A stretch of DNA of 64,000 bases. It comes from Eledone cirrhosa (lineage: Eukaryota). This document shows, in pieces, positions 39,536 to 51,559 of this stretch. Every line of letters begins with the position of its first letter. The stretch's first letter is position 1. The notes beneath the pieces were generated by a model. It made no database searches. It saw nothing but the letters and a program-made list of their open reading frames with translations, and had not been told where the DNA came from. The translations under genes and the position numbers were made by a program. The stretch lies in the NCBI GenBank assembly GCA_964016885.1, contig OZ024743.1:144770001-144834000 (forward strand). Direction: 5' to 3'.

Positions 39536-42185
39536 CATCAGCATCATCATTTTATGTCAGCTTTTCCCTGCTTGCAAGGGTGGGACGGGTCCTATTCAGC
39601 ACAGCATCTCTCCACTTGTCACGGTCCTTCGTCTGTGAGCTTCAGCAATCTGAGGTCTGCTCTCACCACCCCCGCCCATGTTTTGCGTGGTCTTCCTCCT
39701 ACTGGCATTTCTTGGCACTTCTTTACCCAGCGGTCATCCTCCATGCGCATCAGTCTTCTCTCCCGCACACTACAACTTATCCCTCAACACATCCATGCTC
39801 GGTCGCTCACGCACATTGACATTGCACATCCAATGGAGCATGCTTGCTTCATTTCTCTCCAGCCGTCGCATATCCTCTGCAGTTGTTGCCCATCTCTCAC
39901 TACTATGCAGCATCACGCACCTCACACAGGCATCATATAACCGGCCTTTCATACGCAGGAAGAAACCCTTCTTTGTCAGCAGCTCCCTAAACTTCTTCCA
40001 ACCCATCCTTATTCTAGATACTATAGCTTCAGAACCCCCCCCCCCCCTCCCATGCTAATCTGATCACCTAGGTACCGGAAGCTATTAACCACTTCTATAG
40101 AACCTACCTGCATTTGAAAAATGTGTATCAATATGACTCCTACTGTCAAATTTCCCTGTACATCTACTGCATACGTATTTTTCCTGCTATCCCACTACAT
40201 CTCTTGTGTACCCAAGATCTGTATTGTGTACATTTTATAGAATTTATGCCAGTTCCTTTTCTGCATATCGAAAATGGCCATTTCCCTGACGGAATCAGAG
40301 TTTTGTCTTCTTTTCTACTTAACACTTTTGTCTTAGCTAAGTTCACTCTCAGTCCTCTTAATTCCAACTGCTGTTTCCATAGCCAGAATTTATTCTCTAG
40401 CTCCTCGACTGATTCTGCTATAAGAACCAGATCGTCAGCATAGAGAAGTTGCCATGAGCAGCCAGTCTTAAATTCCTCTGTTATGGCTTGGAGGACTATA
40501 ATGAACAAGAGCAGGCTGAGGACCGAACCCTGATGTACTCATACTTGTATCTGGAATTCCTCACCAAACTCCATTCCTACCCTCACTTTACTGACAACAC
40601 CTCTGTACAAAGCTTGCACTGTCCTCACAAGCCATTCCTCAGGGACCACCAGATGACAGATCAGGGTACCCTATCAAAGGACTTCTCTAGGTCAACAGAA
40701 GCTAAGTATAGTGGCGTATTCTTCTCGAAGAACCTCTATTGTAGTTGTCTCACTAAGAAGAGGGCATCGCTTGTACTTTTCCCAAGCACAAAACCAAACT
40801 GCTTCTCATCTAGTTTGACCCTTCCTCTAATTAGTTGCACTAATATCCTTTCTGCCACTTTCACAACTTGATCCATGAGTTTTATGCCCCTATAATTGCT
40901 CCTCTCCAGAGCATCCCCTTTACCTTTGTAGCAATTTATGAGAATACTGCTGCACCAGTCTTTGGGTATGACACCGCCATATATAGCTTGATTGATGATG
41001 CGTGCAACAAGTTTAGTGCCTACGTCTCCTGATGCCTTCAGCATCTCAGCAACTATCCCCGACAGTCCAGCGGCCTTACCATTTTTTATTTCCTTAATTA
41101 CCTCTTGGACCCTATATTCATCAATCTCAATAGCTGGTCCCTCTGTTGGATCTACTGGGGGTAATTCCTCTCTCTCCCATTCGTTAGTCTCTCATTATGA
41201 CATTTCCAGGCCTCCTTTTTTTGATCATTCGTGACACTAAGTACACCAGCATCATTTCGGTGACACTTATCTCCAACATCCTAATTTGCACTGAAACACT
41301 GCCTTGCAATGTGGAACACTGCACGTCTCTGATATTTCCGTCGCAGAACATTGGCAAACCTCCTACACTCAGCTTCCCTACGTGCTAAGTACACCTGATG
41401 TCTAGCTTCTCTCTTAGCGGCTGTGTACCCTTCTCTACCCCCACCATTTTTCCAAGCGTTCCATGCTAGTCTTTTGTCTCTAACGGCCCTATCTACCATG
41501 CTGTTCCACCACCAGGTCACTCTCTGTCTGGTTGTAGCTCTGCCGTAAATTGTCACATAAGAAATTCCAGTTATCATCTATGTCATATGACTCTAAATCG
41601 TCTTCTTTTTCGTCATACACATCTTGAAGGGCTTTCCTAAATTTATATTTTAGTGAAAGGTCTTTTAGCTTCCAGACCTTTCTTTTCCACAACTTTCTGT
41701 ATATCTCATTCTGTCTCTTGCTTACTGTGATGTCACTAACGACTAACCTATGCTGTGGGGGTACATTTTTCCCTGGGTATGCCTTAGTATTTGACACCAT
41801 CTGTTCGTCTCGCTGCCTAACTAGCAAGAAGTCAATCTGCCTGATTTGTAGGTTAGAGGTGTTTGGCAGGTTTCTGGAAGTTAGTGTTGCAAATGGTTAG
41901 TGCACTTGCATCACAAAATTCAAGAAGCCTCACTCCATTTCTTGAGCCGTAACCGTGCCCACCATGTACCCCAGTGTGTCCATCCTGGAGCTGTCCAACA
42001 TGACCATTGAAGTCCCCTGCTAGCATAACGATGACTTCGTCCTGTCATTGAGGCTGTTTGTAAAAGTTGCTCGTAAAAGCAGTCTTTCTCTTCTTTACCT
42101 AGGCCTGCCTGGGGAGCATAGGCAGAGATGATTGTCAGTAGTCTCTTGCTTACAACTAATCTAAGCTTAATTATTCTATTACTAC
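39536..42185 (-). mobile_element. Decayed RTE LINE, 5'-truncated within the endonuclease
   Basis: ISAYAPQAG, PQHRLVV, TWWWN, NYRGIKL, LLYADDL and RLYDACV motifs; (GAT)n 3' tail near 39536. Confidence 0.92.
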
Positions 42186-42478
42186 CTCTATTGATAATAT
42201 ATATTGTAATGTCTACATATATATTATCATCCACATAAGATTTAAGTGACAAGGTTAGGTCATAGATTTAAACACCGCCAATTATATTTCTTTTCTATTA
42301 ATATACATAAATTCTCTAATATTTGCAAACAGAAACAATCTTTGCACAAACACCATTGTATTAATGCACAAATACCATTGTATGTAGCATTAAGAGAATG
42401 AGAGATGAAGCCCTCTTTAAATAGGGTAATTATTTTATCACCAATAGTTTCCCAATAAAGACCTGATAAATTGAAGTA

Positions 42479-42662
42479 CAAAGGTCAGCTAAAAAGTTCA
42501 TAGGCTGACTATGCTAGAGCTCTGAAATCTTGCATGCATTAATTACTACTCTTCTTGATAACTGCATTGTTGCCATCCAGGGATTATGTTAAAAAATAAC
42601 TCTTATTTGGTCATTCCATGAGAGTCTCTTGGTCAGCCTATGAACTTTTAAGTCAACCCTTG
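42479..42662. mobile_element. Mariner-type MITE (184 bp)
   Basis: TA-flanked; imperfect TIRs of about 31 bp containing AAAAGTTCATAGGCTGAC. Confidence 0.8.
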
Positions 42663-42825
42663 TAAATTTATTTAAGGATTTCCCTAAAGCATCATTAGAG
42701 ATAAAAAAAAATTAGAACACAAAAGTTGTTAGTTAGATACTTTACCTACTCAGCATTTTGCAGAGGTAAAACAAAGAAAAAAGTACAGTTGGTAATTGTA
42801 AAAGCCTTATGCATGCAAAGTTGTA

Positions 42826-42951
42826 CAGACACACACACACATCCTCGCTTTTATATATATATATATATATAATATATATATATATATAAATATATATCTA
42901 TATATATAAATATATATAAATATAAATATAATATATAAATATAATATATAT

Positions 42952-43003
<52 letters not shown>

Positions 43004-43066
43004 AATATATAATATATATATATAATATATATATATATAAATATATAATATATATATATCTATCTA
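42826..43066. repeat. (CA)n followed by a long degenerate (TA)n tract
   Basis: Directly visible in the sequence. Confidence 0.95.
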
Positions 43067-43159
43067 AGGGGGGTAAAATTCCCGAGATCCATGGACGAGT
43101 TCTCTCCAGCGGTCTCTGTCCCTCATTATCGCTGCCATGTCCTGCGTCTCCAACAGACC

Positions 43160-44230
43160 AGTATCTGTCTTTAGGGCATCAACATACGACAACCAGAACG
43201 GCTTCAGAGAGAGAAGATCAACCACCAGTCACATCCTGATGCTGAGGAGGATATTAGAGGGAGCTAGAGCAAAGTGCCTTCCTGCGGTCATGGTTTTCAT
43301 TGACTTTAGGAAGGCCTTTGATTCTGTGGACCATCACTGCCTGATGAAGATCTTACAGGCTTATGGAATCCCCAAGAAGATAGTGGACCTGATATCACTG
43401 CTCTACACCAACACCCAAGTCATTACACCTGATGGGATGACAGAGTTCTTTGAGATACTGGCTGGAGTGCTCCAGGGAGTTACATTGGCTCCCTACCTTT
43501 TTATCATCGTAGTGGTCTATTGTATGCGCCTTGCACTGGAGAAACACCAGGACTCTGGCTTTACTGTAGCACCGGCTCAGAGCAGCAGAGTTAAGGCGAA
43601 AAAGGTATCGGATGCTGAATTTGCCGACGACATAATTTTGGTGACAAATACAGTGAAGGAGGCAGAGGATTTGATGCGGGAGGTTGAGACTGTGTCGATG
43701 AGTGTGGGGCTGAGAATGAATGAGACTAAAACAAAATATCTGGTAGAGAATGTTGAGAAGCCAGAGGGGATCACTAGAATTGGTTGAGGGCTTCCTGTAT
43801 TTGGGAGCAAAGATTGGAAATATGGAAGATGATGTGGTTGAGAGGAAGAGCAAAGCCTGGGTGGCATGCCACAGCTTGAGATCGGTGTGGAAGTCGGACC
43901 TTCGTAAAGACCTGAAAATCCGCCTCTTCATTGCTGTAGTGGAGTCTGTGCTGCTGTACGGGTCTGAGACTTGGACACTGACCAAGAAACTCACTCAGAT
44001 GGTGGATGGGTGCTACACGAGAATGCTGAGGATGGCTCTGAACATTAATCAGTATACACTGAGGATGAAAAACTCAGAGCTGTATGAGAGCATCCCAAAA
44101 GTCAGCTCAAAAGTGACACAGAGGAGAGTGAGGTTAGCTGGACATGCTCACCGACATCCAGAGTTGACATTGCACTCAGTGCTCCTGTGGGAGCCCCTAC
44201 ATGGACACACTAGAAGTGGAAGACCAAGGT
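43160..44230 (+). mobile_element. Relatively young RTE LINE RT fragment (third subfamily)
   Basis: QNGFR..RST, FIDFRKAFDS, GVLQG.TLAP, FADD and ESVLLYGSETW. Only one obvious frameshift, near 43780. Confidence 0.9.
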
Positions 44231-44289
44231 ATATATATATAATATATATATACATATAATATATATATACATATAATATATATATATAT

Positions 44290-45059
44290 AATTGTTTCTA
44301 CCTTTGGCACAAGGCCAGCAAATACCCCAGTGTATTACTGGTACTGTATCTTATCGACCCCCGTAAGGATGAAAGGCAAAGTTAACCTTGGCGGGATTTG
44401 AACTCAGAATGGCAAGGGCCGTAACAATGCGTCCTACCGTCTACCGACACTGCTAATCCACCCCTATATATAATTGTTTCTACTTTAGGCACAAGGCCAG
44501 CAATTAACCAGTGCATTACTGGTACTTTATTTTATCGACCCCGTAAGGATGAAAGGCAAAGTCAACCTCGGCGGGATTTGAACTCAGATCGTAAAGGGAC
44601 GTAACTATGCTTGAAAGCATGACATCCGATCCTCTACCAATACTGCCAATCCACCCCGATATATAATATATATATAATATATTATATATATAATATATAT
44701 ATATATTATATATATATTATATATGTTACCTCCCTTTATGATCTGAGTTCAAATCCCGCCGAGGTTAACTTTGCCCTCCATCCTTATGGGGTCGATAAAA
44801 TAAAGTACCAGTAATGCACTGGGATAATTGCTGGCCTTGTGCCAAAAGTAGAAACAATTATATATATATATATATATATATATAATTGTTTCTGTTTTAG
44901 GCACAAGGCCAGCAATTACCCAGTACATTACTGGTACTTTATTTTATCGCCCCCGTAAGGATGGAAGACAAAGTTAACCTCGGCGGGATTTGAACTCAGA
45001 TCATAAAGCGACGTAACTATGCTTGGTGTCCGACTCTCTACCGATACTGCCAATCCACC
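44290..45059. mobile_element. Cluster of four tRNA-derived SINEs of the dominant family
   Basis: Head GGTGGATTGGCAGTATCGGTAGAG, B box GAGTTCAAATCC, centre GCCTTTCATCC..GGGGTCGATAAAATAAAGTACCAG, tail GTAGAAACAATTA. Other copies at about 1953, 18686, 20280, 23263, 25362, 47550, 50923, 52363 and 52915. Confidence 0.9.
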
Positions 45060-45069
45060 ATATATATAA

Positions 45070-45332
45070 TATGTGTCTGAGAGGGATAGAATGTAGTGTA
45101 CGGGAGGGTAGACTGAGGTGGTATGGACATGTGATGCGCATGGAGGATGACCGATGGGTGAAGAAGTGCCAGAAATTGCCAGTTGAAGGAAGACGTGGTA
45201 GAGGTAGACCACGAAAAACATGGGCGGAGGTGGTGAGAACAGACCTCAGATCATTGAAGCTCATGGTGGAGATGACGAGGGACCGTGACGAGTGGAGAGA
45301 TGCTGTGCTGAATAAGACCCGTCCCACCCACA
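45070..45332 (+). mobile_element. RTE LINE 3' terminal fragment
   Basis: RLRWYGHVMRM...GRRGRGRPRKTW motif. Confidence 0.85.
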
Positions 45333-45653
45333 TATTATATATATATATATATATATTGAAACAAAATGAAAACGAAATTTCATTTCTCACTCTTAGTATG
45401 GCACTTACTTAAATGTAAGTATGCATGTATACGTACATACATATATGTATACAGACGTACAGTAGCATGCACATATATATATATATATACATATATATAT
45501 ACATATGCATACAGGTACACATACATATATGCACGTATCAGTTTAGCGGCGCTAACGTCGCTTTGTTCGTTTGTAAACAAACTGAACAGCCTGAATTTAT
45601 GCCATACGGTGTTAAGGCAACCACGTCACCTTTTTGTTCAACACTGACACAGG

Positions 45654-45698
45654 AACGATGTACTAGTTTCAAGCTTGTTAGTTATCATCAGCACCGTT
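45654..45698 (-). ncRNA. Minimal type I hammerhead ribozyme motif, copy 1
   Basis: Minus strand reads AACGGUG-CUGAUGA-UAACUAACAAGCUU-GAAAC-UA-GUA-CAUCGUU: 7-bp stem I, intact core, palindromic ACUAGU stem III, GUA cleavage triplet. Stem II is imperfect. Confidence 0.72.
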
Positions 45699-46119
45699 TA
45701 CCCATCTGCCAGATAGTTGAACGTTCGAAAGTATATACTTTCCTTATGAAAATTAACGGCTGAGCAGCCTAATTTGCATATTGAGTGAGTTAAATCGGTC
45801 AGGCATACCGAAAACGATAAATTGAAACAAAATGAAAACGAAATTTCATTTCTCACTCTTAGTATGGCACTTACTTAAATGTAAGTATGCATGTATACGT
45901 ACATACATATATGTATACAGACGTACAGTAGCATGCACATATATATATATATATACATATATATATACATATGCATACAGGTACACATACATATATGCAC
46001 GTATCAGTTTAGCGGCGCTAACGTCGCTTTGTTCGTTTGTAAACAAACTGAACAGCCTGAATTTATGCCATACGGTGTTAAGGCAACCACGTCACCTTTT
46101 TGTTCAACACTGACACAGG

Positions 46120-46164
46120 AACGATGTACTAGTTTCAAGCTTGTTAGTTATCATCAGCACCGTT
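46120..46164 (-). ncRNA. Minimal type I hammerhead ribozyme motif, copy 2
   Basis: Same sequence as copy 1, 466 bp away. Confidence 0.72.
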
Positions 46165-46707
46165 TACCCATCTGCCAGATAGTTGAACGTTCGAAAGTAT
46201 ATACTTTCCTTATGAAAATTAACGGCTGAGCAGCCTAATTTGCATATTGAGTGAGTTAAATCGGTCAGGCATACCGAAAACGATAAATTGAAACAAAATG
46301 AAAACGAAATTTCATTTCTCACTCTTAGTATGGCACTTACTTAAATGTAAGTATGCATGTATACGTACATACATATATGTATACAGACGTACAGTAGCAT
46401 GCACATATATATATATATATACATATATATATACATATGCATACAGGTACACATACATATATGCACGTATCAGTTTAGCGGCGCTAACGTCGCTTTGTTC
46501 GTTTGTAAACAAACTGAACAGCCTGAATTTATGCCATACGGTGTTAAGGCAACCACGTCACCGCTAAACTGATGATGATGATGATCGTTTCTTTATAGAG
46601 ATTTTTACAATAAGAATGCCAAAATATTTTAGTCTTAAGCATGTCCACTTTCAAACTTTAGAATGGTCTAAAGCTTTTGATCTAAATTTCAGAATTTCTT
46701 TACCTAC

Positions 46708-46795
46708 CTTGCTTTTGGCCTTTTGATATAAATGACTTTCCATTTCTGCACTGGTTTTGGGAATTTTTGTTCCAGATTGCTTGAGAGCATTTTCA
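46708..46795 (-). CDS. MED15: MED15 coding exon 2, 88 nt ((I)ENALKQSGTKIPKTSAEMESHLYQKAKSK)
   Basis: TTCAG acceptor and GTAGGT donor. Peptide matches KIX helix 2 (vertebrate EDAMRKAG..KSSKDMESHVFLKAKTR). Frame is continuous with exons 1 and 3. Confidence 0.93.
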
Positions 46796-49700
46796 CTGAA
46801 ATAGAAAACAATTCATCAAAAATTATTACTTTTAAAATTAAAGATTAAATAGAATCATAGATACAAGAGCACTGACATAAACAGCCTTTTGTTGTGCACA
46901 TAACTATATCCCAAAGTAGATGAAGTGTAATCAACCCTTTCTGTAAAATCTTATTATTACAGCTTAATCATTGTTATTCAGTAAGATAGTGGGGTTGTGA
47001 TTTGAAAAAGATTTAGCAATTGTTTCTAATATGTAGAATTACCACATTTTGGCCCTCTTGTACTCACCATCAAATAAAACAAGCTTAGAAAAGAGCATAG
47101 TATATATGCCCCATTCTGAAGTCCCACATGCCAAGTTGAAAAGCACTGCATTAGGACAATGGTAGCGTCCACAGCTCACTAGCTAAAACTAGCAAAAGAG
47201 TATAATCAAGAAGAAAGACATTGAGTTTCTAGTAATTAAGTTGAAAGCAAACATTTTTTTTTTAATGGCCAGCTTGAAACAATTGGCTTTTAGTGTCTGA
47301 GGGATAGTGGAGATTAAGGAAATCAAGTCCCAAAGGCATGTGATAAAAGCCTCTTGGAGTAATAGGTCTCTAAAAATCAAATAAATTCAATATTTTCAAA
47401 ATTTTGGAAATTGGCCGTATCTTTAAATGACCATAAAATCTGAATGGTAAGCGCTATGGAACTGACATTTTTAGGAATTAGTTCTCTTGTGGACAACAAT
47501 AAATGGTGAAGACTAACCCATGCTAGCGTGGAAGATGGACGTTAAATGATAATTGTTTCTACTTTTTGGCACAAGGCCAGCAATTATCCCAGTACATTAT
47601 TGGTACTTTATTTTATCGACCCCGTAAGGATGAAAGGCAAAGTTAACCTCGGCGGAAATTGAACTCAGATCGTAAAGGGCCGTAACTATGCTGGAAAGCA
47701 TAATCCAACCCTCTACCGATACTGCCAATTCAAAGATTTGTAGACTACTATTTATATCAGGTCAAAGTGTAAATTGAAAAGTTGTTTGTGTTTAGCAACT
47801 GTGCCTACCATGTGGACAGACAAGTTGGAGTAGAGAAATTGTTTTGTTTGTTTGTGACAGCCAGAAAATCTTGTGGCTTCATTCGGAAGAATGCTGCTGA
47901 CAACATTTTAGTGGAGAGGAGGATTCTGCAAAAGTTGAAGAGAGTCTCTTGTTGAAAAACTCTGCTGTAGCTCAGCAAAGAGAGCTACAAGTGCAATGCA
48001 CGAAGATGTCACATAACCTGAATTATATTTTTATGTTAGTCAACTTGCAGATTCAGTGGTAGTTGTAAACATTATTTTTCACCTGTGAGACTACTTGAAC
48101 ATTTGGAGATTGATGAAAGGCTGGCAGATATCCAAACAGTTAACTGACTTGAATTATCAGACAGTTCTGGAAGCATAGATTGTTTATAATAGAAAAATGT
48201 GAAGCATGTCGTTTGAGAGCAGAGATAATTATAGCTGGATAAAAATTGGATTTAGAGGTGAGAAAGAAGATCAAAATATTCAGTGTTGGTGTGGCTGTTA
48301 GGGACATTAGGAGTTGAACTAAGTGGTGTAAACAATTCAGAATAGCGAAGAAACTGGGAGTTCGCTTCATCAAATTTTAGTGATAGAATTGATTCCTGTT
48401 TATAAATCTAAATAGAAAGAGAAATGCTAAAGAATTCGGTGACGATAGCGGTAACTCATGAGCACAGTTTAAAAGACTTCGTGGAGTTTCTAGTTTAAAA
48501 AAAAAAAGGAGGACATTATACATAGAGTAGATTTGGATGCAAAATAGGTATTGAACCTGACAGTTTTGTCTTATGAACATTCAGCAAAAATAGAATTCTA
48601 TTTATTGGAGAATTAAGATATGTAGCTAAAGTTGGGTAGAAGCGACAACCTACAGGACGTGTATTGTCTAAAAGCATGTTTTGATCAATTCGCGTAAAAA
48701 GATATATTTAGTCTTGTAAAATTGCCAGGAATCTCAGATAATAGATCTCGAAAAAAACTATATATATATATATATATACATACACTCACACACACACACG
48801 TAACGGTTGGGTTCCCTCGTCGGCTCTTTCGTGTGTGTGTGTGTATAAACATACAGAAGCGGTGCATGCCAAAAGAATCCGGCGAATCAGACGAGATATG
48901 TTCACTTCCAGATAAACGATACTTAGTAATTACTGGAGTACCAATTGAAATCTAATGAAAGTCTGGTGAAATTTCAAAATTGTGTTTTTATTCTAACTCG
49001 TGTCTACGTGTGACTCACTGACTGAAGAGAAAAATGTTGTAGAATTTTAAAGAAGCGACTATCAATTCTGTAGGATTACCAACAGCTAGACATTGATATA
49101 AACAGAACATTAACTGAAGTGCCGCATAGTACTGGGAAAAGGCATTAACATTTCAGACAGACTCAGTTTTAATTTCCACATGGAACCTCTATTATTATCG
49201 TTAATTATATAAACATTATTAAAACCGCTTAAATGTTACAACTTCCTACCTACATTTCAACTATGATATAAAGAAAATCCATGACTTCCATTCTATATAA
49301 TAAAAAAAAACTATTATTTTGACAAAGTTTCTTTTGCACTAAGTTTTTCCTTTAAAGAAACAAAAATATCAAAAGTAGAATAATAACAACGAAGTTAATT
49401 ATAGTATATAACAGTTTTAAGGAGAGTAATAAAAAATAAATAGTAAAGAATATTCAAATACTAAATGGAAATAAGGGCTAATGTTTCCGCCTTCAATTGA
49501 AACTTAAAACTCTTAAAATTAACTCGTTTACCTCACAAAGACACGCCGACGTTACATTTTGAAAATAGAGAAAGGTTTCTTTAAAAAAATAAAAACAATT
49601 ATAGAAAACACAATAAGAGGGGACAAAAGTAAATTCGTTCGTCAAGCAGTGTTTCTTTTCTTTTTGTACGGTTATTTTGTTAGGCATGTTTATCCAGAGT

Positions 49701-49845
49701 TATAATACGATGAATAGTAAATATAATTATAAATAATAATTTATCGCCTAATTTACAATAATTCCTGTTACATTTTTCCTCTATCACTTAACTACAGAAA
49801 TAAACTGTTAGCTTAAGACGAAAACTATAAATGAATGTGACTTAC

Positions 49846-49907
49846 ATCTGAAGGACCACCTTATTACGAAAATCCGTGGTTTTCCAGTCGTTCTGCATGT
49901 CTGACAT
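49846..49907 (-). CDS. MED15: Mediator subunit 15, coding exon 1 (MSDMQNDWKTTDFRNKVVLQ + 2 nt)
   Basis: Manual translation resembles the MED15 KIX-domain start (vertebrate DWRSTAFRQKLVSQI). ATG at 49907; donor AT|GTAAGT at 49845; phase 2 fits the next exon. Confidence 0.92.
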
Positions 49908-51559
49908 AATGGAGATACCGTAGAATATTCCTCTGCCGTGACAACCACTCTGAGCACGTGACACCAACTTCCGTTCTTGTGACCAATCATTTAAGAGATA
50001 GTAACGAAAGCATTTCTTCTATACACATGCTTGTCAATTGACATTTTGTAGTAAGTATGTTTACGATACTAATAAGAAATAAAACTTAAGTGATGTAACA
50101 ATATGTGTTTCAAATAGTTATCACAACTATTCTACAATGTTATTGTTTCAGTTTCAACACACGATCTTAGATCAAGTTAATTGCCAAGCAACTACAACTC
50201 CAAAATTACTACGTTTTTTGTAAATGTTGTTATAGGTCTAAATATTTTATTGAATCGGAAAGTGTGTAGACCCGATTCTTGTCGTTTCACTTTGTTTCCT
50301 TTTCTATAGACATAAGTTTGCACAAAATTCTCTGCAATTGTTAAGAAAGTATATGGTTTTCCTTGTTTTAAAATATCAATAATAACATTTTAAACATTAA
50401 GAAATTAACCAGAAAACATTATTCATTTTAAAAAACTTCATAGAGAACTAAAAAAAAATTATTTTTATATATTTACAATCTCGGACAACACCGTCTTTCA
50501 CAGAACTAAGAAAGTTTTTATCGCTTTTCAACTTAAGCAACTTGAACAACTGAAAAATATGCTAATATAGATACAGTATGTTATGTGTGTAGGAACAAAC
50601 ACCGCAACGCATTTTAATACACCCCTTGTACATATACATCCATCTGTAAATCTTTAAAATTCACACACATATACGCGATGCATTTCATATATCAACCATG
50701 TTGATAAGAATATCGCTTTCCAGTTACAAAGTCTCGTGTTCTAACCCTACATTTATTACTGTAAATAGTTTTGCCCGAAGTCACATATATTTAATCCCTT
50801 ATGTTATTTGTACATAAATGCTGGCACTACAACGCTATTAGCTGTCAGTCGAAATGCAATTACATTTACGCAATTACATCCTAGAAATAAATTTATTAAA
50901 ATATCATTATTTATCGTTAATCAGGGCGGTGTATTGGCAGTATCGGTAGAGGATCAGACGCCGTGCTTTGCTGCAAAGAGTTACGACCCTTTATGGTCTG
51001 AGTTCAAATCCCGCCGAGTTTAACTTTGCCTTTCATCCCTAAGGGGTCGATAAAATAAAGTACCAGTAATACACTGGGATAATTTCTGGCCTTGTGCCAA
51101 AAGTAGAAACAATTATTTATCTTTAATCACTTTTGCATATCAATAATATACATAAATCATAAATTCACCCAAACTCAAATTTCCCAATGTGTATGAAAGT
51201 TCATATATCCAATCCTGTTATATATGCATATCAATCTTGTACACCAAAAATTAAATACGTTCAATGCTGTTACCGTCATTATTGACGGCACTTGTCCACT
51301 AGTTTTATATATAACGGTAACAACATTCTGATAATTGCATCATTAAAAGCTGTCATAAATACGGATAAGTTTCTTTGTTTTAAGCATATTTGGGATAATT
51401 TGAATGTTTTTATTCGGATAAAAAAGGGGGCACAAATTAATGTTCGGCTTCTGATATTGAAAAGAGAACTGAGTGCTCGAAACTGTTATCTGAGAAACAA
51501 AGACACGTAATTTAGAAAAAACTAAGGGAAATAACTTTGTTTACTTCCGAAAAAAAGAT
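49908..51559. promoter_or_regulatory. Divergent promoter region between MED15 and MRPS17
   Basis: Head-to-head ATGs. CACGTG at 49955-49960, ACTTCCG (ETS-like) at 49967-49973 and 51543-51549, CCAAT at 49983-49987. CpG is locally retained. One SINE is inserted at about 50923-51115. Confidence 0.6.

Larger units (their letters stand above)
45355..46562 (-). repeat. Tandem array of a 466-bp unit (about 2.6 copies) carrying hammerhead motifs; retrozyme-like or Penelope pLTR-like
   Basis: Units start at 45355, 45821 and 46287. The identical spurious ORFs at 45366, 45832 and 46298 confirm the 466-bp period. Copies look identical by eye. Confidence 0.9.

Noticed and set aside
45355-46562. CRISPR-like array
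   Set aside because: Whole units repeat with no unique spacers; eukaryotic context; no cas genes.
45366-46572. Repeated 66-112 aa ORFs in the tandem array
   Set aside because: They are translations of TA/CA microsatellite (YIYI/TYIY runs) with no protein-like content. Useful only for fixing the 466-bp period.
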